A program made the position numbers and the translations under genes. From assembly GCA_964016885.1 (NCBI GenBank), contig OZ024753.1:38006001-38070000 (forward strand): 64,000 nucleotides of DNA, written 5' to 3'. The stretch's first letter is position 1. The number at the start of each line of letters is the position of its first letter. Below, piece after piece: positions 39,214-53,290 of this stretch. The notes below the pieces were generated by a model that saw nothing but the letters and a program-made list of their open reading frames with translations, was not told the DNA's origin and did no database searches. Origin of the DNA: Eledone cirrhosa. Lineage: Eukaryota.

Positions 39214-39697
39214 CACACACACACATAAATAGATATATACATACACACACACACACACACAATTATATATATATATATATATACACACACATATACATAG
39301 CTTGTATATACATATATATATGTATATATACATATACATAGCTTGTATATTACCTTATCATCTGTCCCGAGAATTAAACCACTACCCCCACACACACACA
39401 CACACACACATACAGTCACACACACACCCTTAGTTACCCATCAAATGAACGCAACAGAAAAGGAAAGTAATCCCATGAAAAAATCCTGCAGAATATCTGG
39501 TTATATGATATAAGCCTCAATAGTAATTGTTGCCAAGAAACTCTACTCCCTAATTTCCTGCCTTGTTGCTAGCTATCACAAGGGAATAAGGAATACACAC
39601 ATGCTTAACTCCCTGTTAACTATGTGGGAATGAATATATATTAAGTTAAAGTGTGTGTGTGTGTGTGTATATATATTAACTAACTAAATGTGTATAC

Positions 39698-39731
<34 letters not shown>

Positions 39732-40049
39732 ACTGAAGGAAGGCAGTGCTGGAAAGAACTCGTCCAACACATGCAAGCATGGAAAAGCAGACAAAAAATA
39801 GATATATTCACTTAACTTTTTTTCTATGTTAATGCACATATATATATATACACGCACATATATAACTGTGCATCTGTGTTAATGTATGTATATCTATGTA
39901 TGCATATATACACACACACACACACACATATATACATACACTTAACTGTGCATAATATATGTATGTATGTTTGTATGTTTATCTATGTTAATGTATGTAT
40001 GCATATACATATCATATATACAAAGTTATGTCAATGTATGTATGTGTGT

Positions 40050-40468
40050 GTGTATATATATAGAGAGGTTGATATATGTATATGTGTGTGTATATATATA
40101 TATATAGAGAGGTTGATATATGTATATGTGTATGTATATATAGAGAGAGAGGTTGATATATGTATATGTGTGTGTATATATAGAGAGAGAGGTTGATATA
40201 TGTATATGTGTGTGTATATAGACTCAGCTGTGTGTCTGTATATAGACTCAGCTGTGTGTGTGTGTATAGACTCAGCTGTGTGTGTGTATATAGACTCAGC
40301 TGTGTGTGTGTGTATATAGACTCAGCTGTGTGTGTGTGTATATAGACTCAGCTGTGTGTCTGTATATAGACTCAGCTGTGTGTGTGTATATAGACTCAGC
40401 TGTGTGTGTGTATATAGACTCAGCTGTGTGTGTGTGTATATGGACTCAGCTGTGTGTCTGTATATATG
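40050..40468. repeat. Two adjacent microsatellite-derived minisatellites (about 36 bp x4, about 24 bp tatatagactcagctgtgtgtgtg x10)
   Basis: Direct units with variable dinucleotide runs. Confidence 0.9.
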
Positions 40469-40993
40469 CTAGAGAACATACTATTAAGTTTCCAATGTAG
40501 AGCATGCATGTCTAACTGTATTGTCTATAGAGGGCAGAGAAGGGTGGGAGAGAGAATAAAACAATTCTGAAGAAGGTCAACTCTAATGTGAAATAGCAAA
40601 GAATATATTATATATGACTTATGTTCTGAGTTCAAATCTTGCTTGAGTAGTCTTTACATATGATGACCTCCAGGGGCTGATAGTGTACTATATATATTTA
40701 AATATAAGCTGATCCCACTATTTTACATTTGAGAAATGGATAAAAATCCAAAACTTATTTATCAATTCCGTACGGATGAAAGGCAAAATTAACCTCAGAG
40801 GTATTTGAACTCAGAACATAAAGGGTTGTAACTACATGCTTCAAAGCATGTCTGATGTTCTACCAATACTGCAAATCCACTGCCCTTGGATTAACTAAAA
40901 TGGTTTGATTTAGGCACAGAGCTAACAATTTTGGTGGAGGAGAAAGTTGATTAAATCAACCCCTGAATGTTACTGGTTTTTTATTTTATCAAG

Positions 40994-41236
40994 CTCATAA
41001 GGATGACAGGCAAAGCTAACCTCATAAGGATGACAGGCAAAGCTAACCTCATAAGGATGACAGGCAAAGCTAACCTCATAAGGATGACAGGCAAAGCTAA
41101 CCTCATAAGGATGACAGGCAAAGCTAACCTCATAAGGATGACAGGCAAAGCTAACCTCATAAGGATGACAGGCAAAGCTAACCTCATAAGGATGACAGGC
41201 AAAGCTAACCCCATAAGGATGACAGGCAAAGCTAAC
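40994..41236. repeat. 27-bp tandem repeat x9 inside a minus-strand SINE B
   Basis: ctcataaggatgacaggcaaagctaac units. SINE sequence continues on both sides (about 40905-41285). Confidence 0.95.
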
Positions 41237-41904
41237 CCCAACAGGGTTTGAACTCAGAAAATAAAGAGACACAACTCTGCCACAAATAGATAATTGTTTC
41301 TAATTCTGGCACCCTATTTTAAAGCCAATATTACACAATAGTATTCAACAAGGATGCCATTCATGGAGAAGCGGATATAAAATAATGATTATGATGATGA
41401 TAATTGTTTCTACTTTAGGCACAAGGCCAGCAATTACCCAGTGCATTACTGGTACTTTATTTTATCGACCCCGTAAGGATGAAAGGCAATGATTATGATG
41501 ATGATAATGAATGATTTTATTATCAATGTATTTAAAATCAACATTTCTGATTGTCTTGGAATGTATATATAGCTTTAACTTCACAGTCAATGTTTTCAAG
41601 AGAATATATTTGGTTGGGAGAAGTATATATCAGCTAGGAGTTGCAACTGGTAGATAGTATCAGTAATAGGAAAGACCAAGGAAACATTGTTTCCTTGGTC
41701 TCATTTGACGAGTTCCACCTCACTAGATGAGTGAGATCTGGAATTTTGTTGATCAATTTGATTGAACTGTCAGTAAATAAATGTTCTATTGTATTTGGGG
41801 GTTCTATAAGTTGATTTAAGAGCATAAAGAAGTTTTTTATGAAATTGTTGCTAGGTGAGTAATGGTTAATATTAGTTACAAAAAGACTTTTTTCTCCTTT
41901 CCTG

Positions 41905-42545
41905 TAATATATATATGTGTGTGTGTATGTGTGTATATATATATTACATAAAAGAATATATATGTTTGTAATATATGTGTATGTGTGTATATATATATTA
42001 CATAAAAGGAGAATATATATGTTTGTAATATATGTGTATGTGTGTATAAATATATTACATAAAAGGAGAATATATACGTTTGTAATATATGTGTATGTGT
42101 GTATATATATATTTCATAAAAGGAGAATATATATGTTTGTAATATATGTGTATGTGTGTATATATATATATTACATAAAAGGAGAATATATATGTTTGTA
42201 ATATATGTGTATGTGTGTATATATATATTACATAAAAGGAGAATATATATGTTTGTAATATATGTGTATGTGTGTATATATATATTACATAAAAGGAGAA
42301 TATATGTTTGTAATATATGTGTATGTGTGTATATATATATTACATAAAAGGAGAATATATATGTTTGTAATATATGTGTATGTGTGTATATATATATTAC
42401 ATAAAAGGAGAATATATACGTTTGTAATATATGTGTATGTGTGTATATATATATTTCATAAAAGGAGAATATATACGTTTGTAATATATGTGTATGTGTG
42501 TATATATATATTTCATAAAAGGAGAATATATATGTTTGTAATATA
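41905..42545. repeat. About 57-bp minisatellite, about 11 copies
   Basis: cataaaaggagaatatatatgtttgtaatatatgtgtatgtgtgtatatatatatta units. Confidence 0.95.
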
Positions 42546-43624
42546 TATATATGTTTGGTCAAAACAAACATTGCTTTCATTGTTAGATTACAAACCCAAC
42601 CACACAAAAAACTAAATGAAAGCAATAATGAATGCATTGCATACATTTTTGTATAGATTGTGATATTTATATTGACATATAATAACCTATTTATTATATT
42701 TTTTCAGGTCTTTATATACATTATAGGCTGGGTTGGACTTTCACCTGCTGAGGCTGTAAGGTATATGGAATTTGAGGCCCTAATTTTTGATGATTTACGG
42801 TTAAAGAATAAAAACTAGGCACAAAGTCAACAATTTTGAGAGAGGAGAAAGTTGCCCACCCTAGTGTTACTGGTATTTTATTTATTTGACCCTGTAAGGT
42901 TGAAAGGTAAAACAAACGTCTGTGGGATTTGAACTCAGAACAAAGGGACATAACTATGCCGTGAATCATGTTGTCCGACACTCTACCAGTACTGTCAATC
43001 CATTGCCCTTAATACTAGATAAACAAGGTTTGTTATATTACTAAATCCAATTAAATCCCTGCAAATTCTTGATTATCTTCCAAATTATTCGAGAATCATA
43101 AACAGTGTCTTTCTTTCATTAAAAATAAGGTAATGAAAGGTTTAAATACATCTTGAGGTAGCATTATTGTAGACAAAGTATTTAGGATCCAATTTCAAAA
43201 TGAAGGACTGTGGTTGATAAAATATTTCTTCTCGCTTCAGGACATACTATAATACCTGAAATAAGATATGGACTCACAAGCTCTAAAGATATGCTCACTA
43301 GACTTGTTTTTTCACAAAATCTTGACTAGATTTCAACTAGTGTCGTAGTTGTTTAGCCCTAGGTCAGTCATGACCAAGCAGACATATGATCAAAATTATT
43401 TCTCTTACAATAATTCTAATTGTTTTTTCAGGCATAATCAACATGCTCTTTTTTTAAAGGCAGTTTACTGCCTTTAAAAAAAGTGAATTGAGGGAAATTT
43501 TACTGATATTTCTAGTAGGTCGAGTGACTGCATAGAAGTTCTCTTATTGATTCAACCATATTCTTGTTTGTTGTTGTCTAGCCCCATGTCATGTAAACCT
43601 ATAATCAAAACATAACTATCTCCC

Positions 43625-43658
<34 letters not shown>

Positions 43659-44406
43659 TTTAATAACTGCATTGTTTCTTTCCAGGGACTATGTTGAAAA
43701 TTAAACCCCATTGGTCATTCCATGAGAGTATCTTGGTCAGATTATGAACTTTTCAGTCGACCCCTCAAACTTCATACAATAATCTGTGAATGTAGTACCA
43801 ATTGTAACAGAGGGTGGGGGAATCTGTGGGAAAATTCATTCAAATAAATAGGGGTTCCTAAGCAGTGAAATGTTTGGGAACTAGTGGGCTATATACATCA
43901 CATATATTGTGGTTTTCTCAGCCAGGATAAAAGTATCATTATCTGAAGCTAATTTAATTCAGCATGACATTCATGTTCCTTCCTGGCAGACAAGATCAAC
44001 AAAACATCTAACACAATACATCACCACCATCACCGCCATTATCATCATCAATACAATACATTTAATACATGCACCACTCCCTGTATTTTTCACTAAACAC
44101 TGACTAAAGTTGAGCTCTTCTTCCCAACAGGAAATGGAAGTATTAACTATTCTAAACACAGTAGAAAAGTATCAATTGAGACATTTCTTCAATGTAGTAA
44201 GAAAATCCTTTCATAGTTTCTCCCCCTTCTCATCCTCACCCCCCATTATTATTATTATTATTATTATTATTATCAAGTAGTCACTAAATATAGGTACACA
44301 CACACGTGTGTGTGTAAACACAAAGAACAGAGAGGAAAATATCTTAGGTGAGTATTCTGCATGATTGCGTGTGTGTGCTTCCATCCATGTGTACTAGTGT
44401 GTTTAG

Positions 44407-44448
<42 letters not shown>

Positions 44449-45674
44449 AATAGAGCCTCAAATGTGAAATATAGTAAGCTGAAACACTTCAATTAACCGA
44501 GATTATCCTTATAGTTTGAAGACAAGAACTCCCTTTGGGGCTGTTGGAAATCTAAAAACAACAAGCAATATATATATTCATACATATATGTATATATTCA
44601 TACACATATGTATACATTCATACATATATGTATACATTCATACACATATGTATACATTCATATATATGTTTACATTCATAAATGCATCCATTCATATATA
44701 CATACATATTATATACCCCTAGGCATACACACACACACACACAAATAGCAAACTATATACTTTCTGGAACTTAGTCTTATGCTTCTTTTACTAAACTGTT
44801 TATTCTGAAATATTTATATTTATCTAAAATCTTCCATCACAGTTTCTAGTGCTGCTCCTTGATAAAACAACCAGTACACTCTGTAGAGTGTGTGCATGTA
44901 TATATGTAAAAAGCAGGTTTTCACCTGTTTGAGATGTCAGTTGCTAAGTACTGACTTGGTCTGTCCTGTCCAACCATTTATTGATAGCAGGGAAAACGGA
45001 CATTAAATAATGATGTAAATATCTCCCACAAACTTGTGTTGGTACTTAGCTCTAATTAAGTCAATCAATCTATATAAGGTCAATATGACCCCAAAACCTT
45101 CTTTCAATGCACAAGAACATCTTAACTATCACAAGCTAATGAAATATACCTCCCACAAAATTTAAACCCTTTCGATAGGGATGTCAGTGAAGCAGACATG
45201 AAATACACTATGTGTTGCAAGTAATTAAAACCCAGAGGTAGACCCTGAGCAAAATGTTTGGATAACATCCATAAGCTCAGTTGGTCTCACTTGGGGATCC
45301 AGCTGGATCAATTGGAGATGGGTCTTCTGACAGAACCCGTTGGAAAGAGTGTTTGAGGACTGTTCCCACAACCTTCTCAAGAATATTTGAGTGAAGAAGA
45401 TTAAAAACTTGGAGGATTTACATAAAATAATTATCCTTTTCATTAATGGGGAGTTTTGTATCATAAAAGCAGATCAGTTTTAAATGGTTTGGTATCAAAA
45501 GGTTAAAATCTGCTGCTGTTGCTAGCATCTGGTACTGAGCTCCAGTTTCATGGCATAAAACAGATGACAGATAAATATACATCTTTCCTGGGTGTCAGTC
45601 TATTGTAAGTAATACCCCCCCCCCCCTGGGTATTTACTACCAATTCCAGACAGCTAGGTGAGTGTACTTAAGCA

Positions 45675-45708
<34 letters not shown>

Positions 45709-46667
45709 ATATGTATGTATGTATATTTCCGTCCAGATACACAATGAAATGCCAGCAACACTAATGAGCTAGTTAGTAGGTTCATAACACACCCAATCAG
45801 CAAGGGAAAAAAATGAATTTTAACCCTTTCATTATCATATTTCTTCTAATGAAATATATTGGCAATAAATTTTAATTAATTTTAAAAATAAAGAATTTGA
45901 GCGATTTACTAAAAAATAAAATTTCACATTATTAAAAATAAATTACAATGGAAGGTTTAATTTAAACCATCATTTTAAAATGCTTATATATGGTAAGTTA
46001 CTATCTAAATAATGAATAATTTTAGTAAATCCATTAAAATAGAATGTATTTCATTATAAATATAGCCACAAATGGGTTAAAGAAAAAGAAAAAATACCAA
46101 ATCTAACTAGAAATGTATTCCTAAGCTTTCATATTCAAAATCTAATCATTATGGCAGGTATCTTTAAGCTGCAGACATTTAAACTATTTGTACTTAGCAA
46201 AGGTAATTTAGCTGAAAAATAGATACAAATTACATTTTACAGGTGAGTAGTCAGAGCTATGAAGTACATCCAACCAGAAAATATTCAATTAAATAAATTA
46301 ATTCATTGAACTGCTCTCTTGAAACTAATGGATATTGGGGTGGGGGGAGGGGTGGGGGTACATAGGTAAGACAAAAATAATTATAGAAAGAAAACAACAA
46401 ACAAAATTGTACATAAAAAAATAAAATGGAAGAAAAAAAATGAAGTTATTTTGAGGAACCAAGGTTGTACTGAGGGAAACAGTCAGATCCAACATAAATA
46501 TTGTATCTAATTTAACTGAGTTATTACTGTATGTTGTACTGGGATATCATATAGGTCATAAGATGTGGGAGTGTAGAAGGAGGGGAGAGAGAGGTAAGGA
46601 GAAATAGAAAGAAGGGGAGAAAAAGAGATAGAAGGAGAGAGATGGAGAAAGAGAGAGATGGAGACAG

Positions 46668-46699
<32 letters not shown>

Positions 46700-49417
46700 G
46701 TACAAAGAAGAGAGAAGCAGACAGATTATACAAAGTTAGAGGAGACAGATCTTCTATTGTAGAAGAGAGAAAATTGAAGTTCCAACATGAATTCATCTTT
46801 TGATAAGTTGACCAACTGACATGGCTGATTCTACTGGGAGGGGGGTGGGGTACTGCTGAAGTGTAGACACTCAGAAAATGAAGGGAAATATTGTTTAACT
46901 TTTAACGTCCTGTACCACATCAAACCGCACCAGCAAGGCATTTTTGAAAAGTTTAAAACAAGCACATGTACGTGTATCCTCATCATCATCAACATCAATG
47001 TTTAACACCCAGGGCGTTCTTTGACATGTAGAATCCCAGGCACAAGACATCTCAAGGTCCCAACAGACAGAATCGAGACAACATTACCTCCAAGGATAGC
47101 GAAGGAGACATGCTGAAATAGCCATTCCAACTTGCAGGGCTCACTCCTGTGGGTAACCAACTCAGTTCCAACAGCAGCAAGTAGGAAGGTTATTCTGGGA
47201 CCCAAACCACCACAGATCTCTCCACTGCTAAGACTTTGACAAGAAGCCAGTCCACTTTATAGGGCTTACTCCTGCAAGCGGTCAACTCTGTCCCAATAGC
47301 AGCAAGTAGGGAGGTGGTTCAGAAGCCAACAATGCCAGGAGCTCCACGCCACCATTATAAGTTCAATGACAAACCTATCAGAAAGCAACTGATACTTCCA
47401 CTGTATTCACTGAAACAACCCATTTGTCAAATATCTTCAGAATCATATCATGTGTTAACACAAAATTAATAGATACAGATAAATAAATAAATAACATGTA
47501 AAGAAATAAAATAAAAAAATATAAAAATATATAAAGACAAACTGTATAAAACCCCTTAGGGCGTCCCCCTCCTTGACAAACTTCCTGTGTCATTATCTAT
47601 CTTAACAAATCCAGGTGGATTTGTTACCTGTAATACCAGCAATTAGACGGGAGGAAGTAAAATTGATTATATATATAAATTTGTAGAGAGAGAGAGAGAG
47701 AAGCAGAGAGCATGCTAACAATTTGATAAATAATTTAACAAAGAGTTAAAAAAAATAAATATGTAAATCTTAATCATACCGCCTAATATCTTCATGGTTG
47801 TAGAGTGATGGAAGGTCTGTTTAAAACTTGGTTCTGAGTTAGTCTTAGAATTTTTAGGGTCCAGGTAATTAGTTTGAAAAGTCTATGTAGAGTGAAGGAA
47901 GGTCTGTTTAAAAAACTTGGATCTGTGTTAGTCTTGGAAATTATGGTCCAGGTAACTAGTTTGAAAAGTCTATGTCACTGTGTAGTATTATTTTGTTGTA
48001 GTGTTTTTTGTTGTACAATGGAACAAATATCAAACACACATTCAGATAAATATACTTAAACCAACTTTTTTTTACTAAAATACCTGAAACCACCCCTGCG
48101 TCTACAATAAAAAGCTGTTTGTTTTAGAAGTGTTTATATTTATCTAAAACTCTTCCATTATAATTTTAAGTAAGAACTTTTCATGATGATCCAAACAGCT
48201 TAGTAATGAGAAAGTTAGTTATATTATTAAATCCCTCCAAATTCTTGATTATTTTCAAAATTATTTTAAAATCAAAAGCAGCATCTTTCATTAAAAATAT
48301 GCTAACAAAAAAGTTATCAAGGTGCACAGAAATTAACAGACATAGGTATATATATGTGGAGGAATATCAGAGGAGAGAGAAAAATAACTACACAAGTGAT
48401 AGCATCTATCTCTCTCTCACCAGGGACATCCTTAAAATTGGTTCGGTTTAGTCTTAGAACCTAGGGCCCATGTAAATTTGTTTGAAGTCTGTATGTTGCT
48501 TACTTAATTTTTTTTTTTTCTTTGCTGTAGTGATGTATAATGGAACAAAAATATATATACACATCTATATACACACACATTCAGATATATACTCAAATTG
48601 TATAGCACAGAAATAAACACACACACATGTATATATATGTATGGAGAAATATTCTAGGTGAATATAAATGAGTACATGAACAAGAGCAGCTATTTGTCTC
48701 CCCAGGGATTTCAAATATATGTAATATAATGCAATGTAATGTAATGTGTAAGTTAGGTGCAGAGTTCTGACTGGCATTGACCAATGAATGCAATATGAAG
48801 GTGTATATATAAATATAGTAGTAGTGGGTGGTGGTGGTAGTAGTAGTAGTAGTAGTAATAGTGGGTAGTAGTTGTGGTGGTGGTAGAGGTAGTAACAGTG
48901 GACAGTGGTGCTGGTAGTAGAAATAGTAGAAGTAGCGAATGGTGGTTGTGGTGGTGGTAGTAATAGTTGTGCCAGCAGTAGTAGTAGTAAAAGAAGAAGA
49001 AAGAGAATAAGAAGAAAGTAAGTACAGTGAAAGACTGTTTATTCAAGTTTATATCAGTAGAGGTAGAGGTGTGGGGGTGCAGGATAAAGGATGCTGTGTA
49101 AGAAAGAAGTTGAAGTACCTATTAGATGTAATAGGAGGAGGAGGGTGAGGTAGAAGTAGTAGTGCTGTCATACTTTTGACTTTTACTGCAATCATTACTG
49201 CCAACGCCTTTCCTTTGCCCTTTTCCTTTCCTTTTATCCACCCTCATTCAACTGCACTGCACCCCGTCCTCACCCTAACTCTATCTTTCAACCTTGTTTG
49301 AAAACTGAAATCTTCAAGAAATGTTGGTCAAGCTACTGGGTTGTGTGTATTTGGAAAGATAGCAATCTATAGAGAAAAGGGAAAATAATTGCTATTTGAA
49401 ATTGGGTTAAAAGTAAA

Positions 49418-49668
49418 TAAATAAATACAGTGCCACAGCATGGCCACAGTCTAATGATGAAAGCCAGTAAAATAATAGAATTGTGTAAAATAAATAAATA
49501 CGATAGTGCTGCAGCATGGTCACATTCTAAGGACCAAAACCAGTAATACTAAAATAAATACGATAGAGCCACAGCATGGCCACAGTCTAATGACCAAAAC
49601 CAGTAATATTAAAATAAATATGATAGTGCAACAGCATGGCCACAGTCTAATGACCAAAACCAGTAAAA
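49418..49668. repeat. About 60-bp tandem repeat x4 of a retroposon tail-like motif
   Basis: cagcatggccacagtctaatgaccaaaaccagtaa units. Related motif at about 23430 and 23525. Confidence 0.85.
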
Positions 49669-50954
49669 GAATGAAAGGATGAAAGTCAAAGTTAACCTCA
49701 GCTGGATTTGAACTCAGAATGTAAAGGGCTGTAACTATGCCACAAACATGTTGTCCGACGCTCTACCGACACTACCAATCCACTGCTCTATATTATATAT
49801 TAAATAATGGTTTCTGAGTTAGGCAAAATGCCAACAATTTCAGGTGGTGGTGGCGAGGTAGTTGATTAAATCAACCCAGAGTACATTACTGGTGCTTTAT
49901 TTTATCAACCCTGTAAGGATGAAAGGCAAAGTTAACCTCGGCAAGATTTGAACACGGAACATAAAGAGACGTAACTCCATGCCACAAAACGTTTGACACT
50001 CTACCAATACTGCCAATCCACCGCCCTATATATATATTAAATAATAAAATAAAATAAGAATTTTTAAAAACTAGATGCTAGCAACACAGCAATAGTTTTG
50101 AAATGGTATGTTTATATGGCTGAAAGATTCTTGTAGCTGGAATTACAGCTCATTCGCAGCAATGCTTTTCTGCTTTCTTTCCTAAGATTTCTGAATCTTC
50201 CTCAAGAGAACAAACAGCTCTGGCATACCATCTCATATTTCCAAAATGTGGTGCCATCACTTATTCTAGCTTTCTGCTTACTTCACCTTGTCATAACTTC
50301 AAATGCCTACTCAATTGTTGAAATTCTACACATAAACACATACAAACACACAGATACACACATAAGATCAGAACAAACTTTCTCTCTCCATTCTTTATCT
50401 TTCATTCACCCCACACATGTAATATCAAACCTGTCTAGACTCTTCACAACAAAAACACAAGGAGAGAGGAAGATATCATATTTTCTTTTTTATTTTATTC
50501 TATTCTATTTTATGTTAATTTTAAATTGTTTACATTTGTTTCTGCTTTAAGTGAAATATAGCAGCAGCACAAGCTCAAATGTCTAAAGTTTTGTTGTGTT
50601 AATTTAAGGTGAGTTAATGTGGTTTGGTTGGAAAGAGTAAATCTATTTGGTATATGGCTTATACTAGGGGTTCCCAACCTGAGCAATAGCACCCACCAGT
50701 GCGAGATTTCAACTGTTGGGTGGGTGATGAACCACTGAACAAAAAATGGTGGGTGATTAGAAATTTTTGTTGACAATATAGGATTTTGAGTATTAAGAAG
50801 GTATTTCAACATGCTACAGTAAAAAAAAAATTCAATTTTGAAAATAAAGAATTTAGAGTGACTTAATTGTAATATAACTAACTTTCTCATTATTAAGTTG
50901 GTATTTAGAACATAACTTCATATAGCTTCTTGCAAGAAATTATGATGGAAGGTT

Positions 50955-51180
50955 TTTAGAAATATATAGTTTTGTATCATAGAATTAGGGGCATCTTTTA
51001 AACAAATATTAACATTTAAAAATACAGTTTAGTATAATAGAAACCAGAGGTAGAGTTTAGACAAATATAAACACTTAAAAATATAGTTTAGTATCATAGA
51101 ATCCAGGGGCAGTGTTTAGATAAATATAATCACTTAAAATATACAGTTTAGTATCATAGAACCAGGGGAGGTTTCAGGCA
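50955..51180. repeat. About 62-bp degenerate tandem repeat x4
   Basis: aaatataaacacttaaaaatatagtttagtatcatagaa..ccagggg recurs. Confidence 0.8.
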
Positions 51181-52269
51181 ATAAAGGCCAACATTGTCTT
51201 TTAATAGTCACTCTGTCTTGAGTTAGTTTTATTCCGATTAAGATTCCTATTTTTCTTTGTTTTGTTTTTTTTCCAGGAAAGTTCTTTGGTAAGAGTTTTT
51301 CTCTTGGGATTTCTCAGTTCCTTTTTCCAGATGTTTCCCTATATCAAGCTGTTATTATACTATTCTTTCTTCATTCGTTCTCAAAACATGAACTATATAC
51401 TTCCATAATTCCTCCCAAATGGTACATACATGCGTGTATTATACTGGATTTTATCATAACCGTAATTTTATTTTTACAATTTAAATTCGAGACTATTAAT
51501 CTAATTGTGTGTCTTTTAGTTGCTGACTTGATCTGGCAGCACTCTATACAAACTTCAAATGTGTGGTAATAAAATGAAAAATAATTTAATTTACAGCCCA
51601 CAAGGTTTCTCTGCTGTATCAATGGCAGGAGGACCCTCAATGGTAGGGGCCCTCATTTTTATCATGAAAAGCAATGTGAAAAACAAAGCATATTGCATAA
51701 AAATACAACACACTGCCTGGTCCAGGAATTAAACCCACAAAACACAAACTCGTGATTGTGAGTGAAGCACCTTATCCACAAGGCCGTGAGCCTTTGGTAG
51801 TGACTGAACAATCTAGTCAAAAACTATAGAACAATTCTATTACATAATAAAGGCATTATAGATAGACATAGAGAAGGAGAGAAAGAGAAAGAGAGATGAG
51901 GGAGGGAAGGGGACAGAAAGGCATGGAGGAAATGGGGTGAGAAAAGAGAGAGAGAGAGAATGAATAAAATGCAATTACCACAAGAATAAATCCATTAATT
52001 TTGTTAATTGTCATCTATTCCAATGTCACACACGCACAGACACACACACACTCACACAGAGGCAAACACACAAAGGAAATAATATATATTGTCAACTAGT
52101 CCACACCCAAAATTAGTTAATTGAGGATTTGTCATATAAAAAAGTATAATTATTTCATAGTTTTTGTGTTTCACAAAGTTTGTGAATGCCAACAATTGCA
52201 GGATATTTACATATGTATGTTAACTACAGTATTATATATACAGGGTGTCCCCCCCAACAGCATTCTAAT

Positions 52270-52590
52270 ATTGTCTGTACAGGGGTTTTACACCTAGAAA
52301 AGTTCCCTTCCAAGGCAGAAGTCCAGGCAAGGTGTTTTTGTGAAAGACCAGCAGTCACCCATACATACCAGTCTCTCCTCTCCACGCCACCAATGTTGTC
52401 CAAGAGAAAGACAAAGGCTGATACAGCTTGACACCTGTCACGTCACAACTAATTTTTTTCCAGCTGAATGAACTGGAGTAATGTGAAATAAAGTGTCTTG
52501 CTCAAGAACACAATGCACCACCTGGGCTGGGAATCAAACTCACATCCTCATGATTGATTGTGAACCCAACACTCTAACCACTAAGCCACA
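52270..52590 (-). mobile_element. tRNA-derived SINE with a family A head and central domain but a different tail
   Basis: Reverse complement begins tgtggcttagtggttagagtgttgg..gagtttgattccc..cttgagcaagacactttatttcac, followed by an unrelated 3' part. Confidence 0.8.
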
Positions 52591-53019
52591 AATCTGTATT
52601 ATAGTATAATTGAAATATACAACAGAGACGATGCTGATTTTTATTTTCTTGCAATATATAAAAACAAAGATGAGATGAATTTATCTGTGTGAAGTTCAGT
52701 CAATGACCGACAAAGTCCCTAGTGTTGGTCTCATGATAGCATGTATCAAGTCAATCATGTAAAGTGATAGTGCTGGTATCACAAATTGTACCCAGTACAC
52801 ACTGTAAACTGATACTGCTGGTGCCACAATAAAAGGCACCCAGTCCATGTTGTAAAGTGTTTGGTGTCAGGTAGGACATCCAACCACAGAAACCAAGCCT
52901 AACTGGAATGCATGAGCAGGATGTAGTCATTTGACCTGACTCAGGATGTGACAATTCGTCCAACCCATACCAAAATTGAAGATGGACATAATACAGTGAT
53001 GATGATGATGATGATGATG

Positions 53020-53290
53020 ATAGGTGACCTAATTAACAGTGGGAGAAGGTGCTCTGAAAGTGTGATAGCTAAGATAAGAACTGGGAGGGGAAATATGCAA
53101 GGAGCTATAACCTCTGCTAGCAACAAAGGGATTCTCCCGCCAAGCAAACGGGAGATTGTTTGACACATATGTTTGTAGTGCAATGGTGCATGGTAGTGAG
53201 ACATGAGTATTAAATACAGAGGATGTGCAAAAGCTCGAAAGAAATGAAAGCATGCTCCACTGGGCGTGAAATGTTAGTCTGCATGAACTA
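53020..53290 (+). mobile_element. Degenerate fragment of the RTE family at 12.5-13.8 kb
   Basis: GDLINSGRRCSESVIAKIRTG and AMVHGSET with frameshifts and stops. Confidence 0.85.

Noticed and set aside
42708-42755. Plus-strand 48-nt exon candidate VFIYIIGWVGLSPAEA
   Set aside because: No homology recognised and no linked exons. It cannot be supported without RNA data.
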